Positions 27,979 to 32,000 of a DNA stretch of 32,000 nucleotides are shown piece after piece (position 1 is the first letter of the stretch; every line of letters begins with the position of its first letter). The notes under the pieces are model-generated. The model was not told where the DNA came from and searched no databases. It saw only the letters and a program-made list of their open reading frames with translations. Where the stretch lies: positions 2,045,568 to 2,077,567 of the forward strand of contig NC_009954.1 in NCBI RefSeq assembly GCF_000018305.1, in the 5' to 3' direction. A program made the position numbers and the translations under genes. Source of the DNA: Caldivirga maquilingensis IC-167 (GTDB lineage: Archaea > Thermoproteota > Thermoprotei > Thermoproteales > Thermocladiaceae).

Positions 27979-28815
27979 GTGGTTAGTGAGTTGCTTTTTA
28001 CTGTTATTGGATTGTCTGTTACTGTGATTAGTGTACTTGGTGGTTCATTGTATTGGCTTGGCGGTAAGTTTAAGGAGATTGATTTAAGGTTTAAAGGCAT
28101 TGATGAAAAATTTAATCAAATTAATGAGAGGTTTAATCAAATCAATGAGGGGCTTAAGACCATTAATGATAGGCTTAAGCAGGTTGATGAGAGGTTTAGG
28201 CAGGTAGATGAAAGATTCAATCAAATTGATGAGAGGTTCAGGCAGATTGATGATAGATTTAAACAGATTGATGAGAGATTTAGACAAATGGATGAAAGAT
28301 TCAGGCAGATGGATAATAGATTTGGGCAAATAGATGAGAGATTTAAACAGATTGATGAAAGGTTTAGGCGTATTGATGAAAGATTCAGTGAGTTGAAGGG
28401 TTACATGGATGAGAAGTTTAAGGATGTTGACGCTAGGTTTAATCAATTAGGTAATAGGGTTGATAGGGTTGCTGAGGCCTTTGGGGATTACCAGGAGTTC
28501 TTCGTTGAGTTCCTAACCACTGAGGGTGTTATTAAGCGGGATAAGGCTGATATGGTTAGGAATGAGGCTAAGAGGATTATGAGGTTAATTAGGATTAACC
28601 CATTGAGTAGGGAGGAGTATGAGAGGCTTAAGGAGCTTCTCGATAAGGATGATTTAACTTATGATGAGGCCATTGAGTTGAGGGATTTGGCTAGGAAGAT
28701 AATTAAGGAGTATGGTGAATACCCTGAGGCTTGGAAACTACACATATATGCATCAATAATGGTTGGTTTAGCCATGTTGAAGAAGGGCAGGGAGGGTGAG
28801 GGGAGGCAATCGTGA
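27979..28815 (+). CDS. Membrane-anchored coiled-coil protein with about 15 tandem 'ERFxQID' heptads
   Basis: 278 aa. An N-terminal TM helix is followed by ~105 residues of near-perfect heptads and then a helical C-terminal domain. The start is GTG. Confidence 0.7.
   Translation: MVSELLFTVIGLSVTVISVLGGSLYWLGGKFKEIDLRFKGIDEKFNQINERFNQINEGLKTINDRLKQVDERFRQVDERFNQIDERFRQIDDRFKQIDERFRQMDERFRQMDNRFGQIDERFKQIDERFRRIDERFSELKGYMDEKFKDVDARFNQLGNRVDRVAEAFGDYQEFFVEFLTTEGVIKRDKADMVRNEAKRIMRLIRINPLSREEYERLKELLDKDDLTYDEAIELRDLARKIIKEYGEYPEAWKLHIYASIMVGLAMLKKGREGEGRQS
28075..28392 (+). repeat. Intragenic 21-bp tandem repeat (about 15 units) encoding the heptads
   Basis: Units such as 'gatgagaggtttaggcaggta' and 'gatgaaagattcaggcagatg' recur. 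The periodicity also produces the artefactual antisense ORF 28084..28446. Confidence 0.9.
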
Positions 28816-28822
28816 TTTATGC

Positions 28823-29284
28823 CTACTTCCATAGGCTTCTGAAGTACGGCTCAATACATCTCCTGAAGATTAACCAGTAGATGTCGCTATTCGGCTTAAG
28901 CCTAATGTAGCTTAAGGGTGGTTTAAACCAGGGGAATACGCTGATTAATTGATCCAGGGTGAGTGGCTTAATGCATCTTCTTGGTTCTGAAACAATAATC
29001 ATCATTCCCTCCCTATCCTCATCAACGTAATTCCAATCCCCCTCCCTTAAACCAAGGTCATTAAGCCCCTTGGCAATCCGCATTAACTCACTCCTCCTAC
29101 CAATGTAAACCCTCTCAGCCTTGAAGAATCCCTCAATGGCCTTCCTGGGTGATGATAAGTAAAGAACCACAGTGTCCCCTGGGGTTACTGGGCCATTCAC
29201 AAGTCTCCTTAACTCAGCCTTCTTCCTACCATCCAGTATTGCGTCGCCGAAGCCTGGCTTAATGGACATTAGGATTAACTCCAT
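28823..29284 (-). CDS. ASCH (PUA-like) domain protein
   Basis: 153 aa. 'MSIKPGFGDAILDGRKKAELRR...GDTVVLY' is the typical ASCH N-terminal pattern. Confidence 0.6.
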   Translation of the reverse strand: MELILMSIKPGFGDAILDGRKKAELRRLVNGPVTPGDTVVLYLSSPRKAIEGFFKAERVYIGRRSELMRIAKGLNDLGLREGDWNYVDEDREGMMIIVSEPRRCIKPLTLDQLISVFPWFKPPLSYIRLKPNSDIYWLIFRRCIEPYFRSLWK

Positions 29285-29368
29285 TTAAGTAGTACCCAGT
29301 AATATGCTTAAAACCCTAATGCCTAATTGTAGTTAAGTAATTTAAGCCCAGTGCGCAGCGTTGGATTA

Positions 29369-29905
29369 ATGCCCATACTGTGCATAACCGGCTTACCTGG
29401 TTCAGGGAAGTCCACTGTGAGTGGTATATTGGCTGAAATGGGTTTTAGGGTTATTGTAATGGGTGATTACGTTAGGAGGGAGGCTGAGAAAATGGGGATT
29501 AGTAGTGGTGAGGCGGCCACTAGGCTTAGGTTAATGTATGGTTCAAGGATCATTGCAAGACTGGTGCTTGAGGATTTACGTAGGCTTAGTAATGGTAGGG
29601 TGGCTGTTGAGGGGCTTAGGAGTAGGGAGGAGTATGAGGCCTTTAGGGAGGAGTATGGGGAAGTTAAGTTAATATTCACTGTGGCTAGCCTAGGGGTTAG
29701 GTTTAGGAGATTAGCCAGTAGGGGTAGGCCTGATGACCCTAAGAGCATAATGGACTTAATGGCTAGGGATTACAGGGAGCTTGCCTTCGGGCTAGGGGAC
29801 TTAATTGGCTTAGCCGATTACGTGATAGTTAATGAGGGGTTGAGTATGGAGGATTTAAGGAGTAGGGTGGCTTTAATAGTGAGGGAGGTTTACGGTGAGG
29901 CTTAA
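29369..29905 (+). CDS. UPF0200-type P-loop nucleotide kinase-like protein
   Basis: 'ITGLPGSGKST' P-loop. I prefer ATG 29369 over GTG 29351 because a TATA-like 'gtaatttaagc' lies about 28 nt upstream. Confidence 0.7.
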   Translation: MPILCITGLPGSGKSTVSGILAEMGFRVIVMGDYVRREAEKMGISSGEAATRLRLMYGSRIIARLVLEDLRRLSNGRVAVEGLRSREEYEAFREEYGEVKLIFTVASLGVRFRRLASRGRPDDPKSIMDLMARDYRELAFGLGDLIGLADYVIVNEGLSMEDLRSRVALIVREVYGEA

Positions 29906-30303
29906 TGCTGGGTGAAGTTGAGGTTGAGGTTTACGCTGAGGTTAAGCCCACTGAGAGTGAGGTTAAGGTTAAGAGGGCTGTCTTAAACATTATTGAGTTG
30001 GATGAATTAGAGGTTATTGATGTTAATGGGGTTAAGTACATCCACGGTAAGGCAAGGGGATTAAGCTACCTGAGTAGGATTAGGGATTTAATAAGGAGGG
30101 AGAGGATTAGGGATACTGCAAGGGATTTACTCAACCACAGTGTGGTTGGTGATGAGGTGGTTATTAATGTTAATAAGCAGGCGGCGTACGTTGGGGTACT
30201 ATCCTTCGCCATGGGTGAGGTGGAGAGTCCCCTAGGCCCAATAACGATTCGCATCAAGTCAAGTAACCCACAGCAGTTAATAATGTGGTTAACCTCAGGT
30301 TAA
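29905..30303 (+). CDS. UPF0201-type small protein (the usual archaeal partner of the UPF0200 kinase)
   Basis: 132 aa. Its ATG overlaps the upstream TAA by 1 nt (taATG). The conserved archaeal gene pair is recalled from memory. Confidence 0.5.
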   Translation: MLGEVEVEVYAEVKPTESEVKVKRAVLNIIELDELEVIDVNGVKYIHGKARGLSYLSRIRDLIRRERIRDTARDLLNHSVVGDEVVINVNKQAAYVGVLSFAMGEVESPLGPITIRIKSSNPQQLIMWLTSG

Positions 30304-30317
30304 GACTAGGGCACTGT

Positions 30318-31169
30318 ATGGGTAAAACCAACGCCGTAGTATCATTAGCCGTGGCAGGCTTCACGGTATCATGGGCATCAATACTAATAATTTGGAGTGG
30401 GGTAAACCCCATTGCTGTATCCTTCTGGAGGACTACACTGGCTTCATTAGCCTTAACACCACTCATGATTAGGGACTTGAGGAGAAATGGCCTAAACATA
30501 CCCCTTAGGCTAATTGCATTAAGTGGTCTTGCCTTAGCCATACACTTCATGACCTGGATAACATCACTATACTACACCACAGTAGCCATGAGCGTTACCA
30601 TAGTCTCCACCTACTCAGTATTCACAATACCCATTACCATAGCCCTTGGGAGGAGGGTTAACGCATTAACAGTGATTGGGGCCTCCCTAGCCTTAACTGG
30701 TGTAGCAGCCATGATGTACTCATCCTACGGCTTAAACACAGGTAGCCTAATGGGTGATTTATTAGCCTTAGCTGGATCCATCTCTGGAGCATTCTACTTC
30801 ACCATTGGTGAATTAGCCAGGGTTAAGGCATCAACCCCAGTTTACTCAACACTAGTCTACGCATCAGCAGCATTATTCACAGTACCCGCTGCGTTACTAA
30901 TGGGGGTTAACTTAACCCTACCCAGCTTTAAGTCACTGGTTATGATTTCCTTAATAGTGGCTGGACCCATGTTGATGGGTCACACATTACTGAACTACTC
31001 CCTGAAATACCTCCCAGCCACCGCTGTGTCGACGGTAACCCTGGTTGAGCCAGTGGGTTCAACGGTGTTAGCTTACCTACTCCTACACCAGTCAGTGGGT
31101 TTAATTGAAGCGTTATCAATGACTGTGACTTTAATTGGGGTTTACTTATCGATAAGGGGTGGATTATGA
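30318..31169 (+). CDS. EamA/DMT-family transporter
   Basis: 10-TM profile with two EamA-like halves. I prefer ATG 30318, although the ORF is open from 30285. Confidence 0.75.
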   Translation: MGKTNAVVSLAVAGFTVSWASILIIWSGVNPIAVSFWRTTLASLALTPLMIRDLRRNGLNIPLRLIALSGLALAIHFMTWITSLYYTTVAMSVTIVSTYSVFTIPITIALGRRVNALTVIGASLALTGVAAMMYSSYGLNTGSLMGDLLALAGSISGAFYFTIGELARVKASTPVYSTLVYASAALFTVPAALLMGVNLTLPSFKSLVMISLIVAGPMLMGHTLLNYSLKYLPATAVSTVTLVEPVGSTVLAYLLLHQSVGLIEALSMTVTLIGVYLSIRGGL

Positions 31170-31208
31170 TTAGGCTCTTTAATGCTTGATTGAATGGGTT
31201 ACATCCTT

Positions 31209-31856
31209 CTATGACCTGGATTGACCAACAGGTACCCTGAACTCCTCCCAACTAACCGGTAAATCCTCATTAGGCTTCAACTCACCCCTCTCCCTAAGTA
31301 CCTGCCTAGCCAGTAACCAGAAGACTAGGGCTAGGCTATTCCTACCCTTATTATTGCAGGGTATCATTAAGTCAATGAACGTTGGGTCACTATCAGTGTC
31401 CACTAGGGCTATTACGGGTATTCCGGTTAATGACGCCTCGTTAATCGCCTGGAAGTCCGTCTTTGGGTCAGCGACCATGAGTAGGTCAATGTCAATGTGG
31501 TGGGTTAAGTAGGGGTTTGTTAATGTACCTGGGATTAACCTACCTGTGACTGGTAGGCAACCCACGAATTTACAGAACATTTGAATGGGCTTGAAGGCGT
31601 ATGGCTTAGTGGAGTGAACCATGACCCTGGATGGTGGATACCTCGTAATCATCCTTGCAGCAATCCTAATCCTCTCATCAATCCTCTTCAAGTTAAATAT
31701 CCTCAACCCATCAGGCCTAACACTGAAGATGAAGCCCCTCTCCTGCAGGTAATTATTAGAGACCCTGGCCCCAAGCCTAACCGCAGCAGCCATATACCTC
31801 TCCACAGGCACTAAATACTCCTCCCCCTGCTCAGGTTGCTTAGTTTCATTACTCAT
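31209..31856 (-). CDS. rps2: 30S ribosomal protein uS2
   Basis: 215 aa. 'GARVSNNYLQERGFIFSVRPDGLRIFNL' and 'IPVIALVDTDSDP' are typical of archaeal uS2. Confidence 0.9.
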   Translation of the reverse strand: MSNETKQPEQGEEYLVPVERYMAAAVRLGARVSNNYLQERGFIFSVRPDGLRIFNLKRIDERIRIAARMITRYPPSRVMVHSTKPYAFKPIQMFCKFVGCLPVTGRLIPGTLTNPYLTHHIDIDLLMVADPKTDFQAINEASLTGIPVIALVDTDSDPTFIDLMIPCNNKGRNSLALVFWLLARQVLRERGELKPNEDLPVSWEEFRVPVGQSRS

Positions 31857-31876
31857 TAAGAACCCAAGTACCGGCT

Positions 31877-31889
31877 TTATTTAAATTTT
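31877..31889 (-). promoter_or_regulatory. TATA-like box for rps2
   Basis: The minus-strand sequence 'aaatttaaataaa' is centred about 27 nt upstream of ATG 31856. Confidence 0.35.
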
Positions 31890-32000
31890 AGCGTAATGAG
31901 GCATTAATTCAAAATCCAGAATCAATATTGAGTAGAGGGATGGAAAAGAAAAAAGAATTTAATAAAAGATTTTAAGATTCACCATTTAAATTTTAAGGCC

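Noticed and set aside
28084-28446. 120-aa minus-strand ORF with repetitive 'LINLxKP/ESFIHLPKS' units
   Set aside because: It is the antisense shadow of the 21-bp tandem repeat in the coiled-coil gene. The repeat periodicity keeps the opposite frame open.
1-32000. CRISPR arrays, rRNA genes, transposases or integrases
   Set aside because: I saw no direct repeat-spacer periodicity. I saw no long GC-rich rRNA-like stretches. I saw no ORF with transposase or integrase motifs.

Overview
The window reads as an archaeal chromosomal segment. Archaeal markers are glycerol-1-phosphate dehydrogenase, Rpo4/F, archaeal uS2, diphthine synthase and archaeal-type ProRS. TATA-like boxes sit about 27 nt upstream of many start codons, which suggests leaderless mRNAs. 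Gene content and codon style suggest a moderately AT-rich crenarchaeon of the Thermoproteales type, but that is inference only. I support about 37 protein genes and found no rRNA, tRNA or CRISPR array. Most genes are housekeeping, transport or metabolism: proS, egsA, tldD, an ITPase, acylphosphatase, CaCA, ZIP and EamA transporters, a two-subunit FAD oxidoreductase, a beta-CASP RNase, dphB, SDR and epimerase genes, the UPF0200/UPF0201 pair and rps2. The main accessory signal is a visibly AT-richer two-gene McrBC-type cassette at 20882-23952. It pairs a McrB-family GTPase carrying an unusual EVE/PUA-like N-terminal domain with a translationally coupled McrC-like PD-ExK nuclease. The cassette is wedged against the 3' end of dphB and is divergent from a KaiC-like ATPase gene. 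Other second-look items are listed here. (1) A decaying family-1 encapsulin shell gene has an in-frame TAA and an apparent 1-nt frameshift. (2) A quartet of ~34-bp inverted repeats lies beside a GC-rich structured island with a C14 homopolymer, all in one 660-bp intergenic region. (3) A membrane-anchored protein is built from about 15 near-perfect heptad (21-bp) repeats. (4) A ~900-bp stretch contains no long ORF. (5) An inverted repeat brackets the TATA box of the ZIP metal transporter gene. All functional calls rest on motif recognition by eye. No database searches were run.
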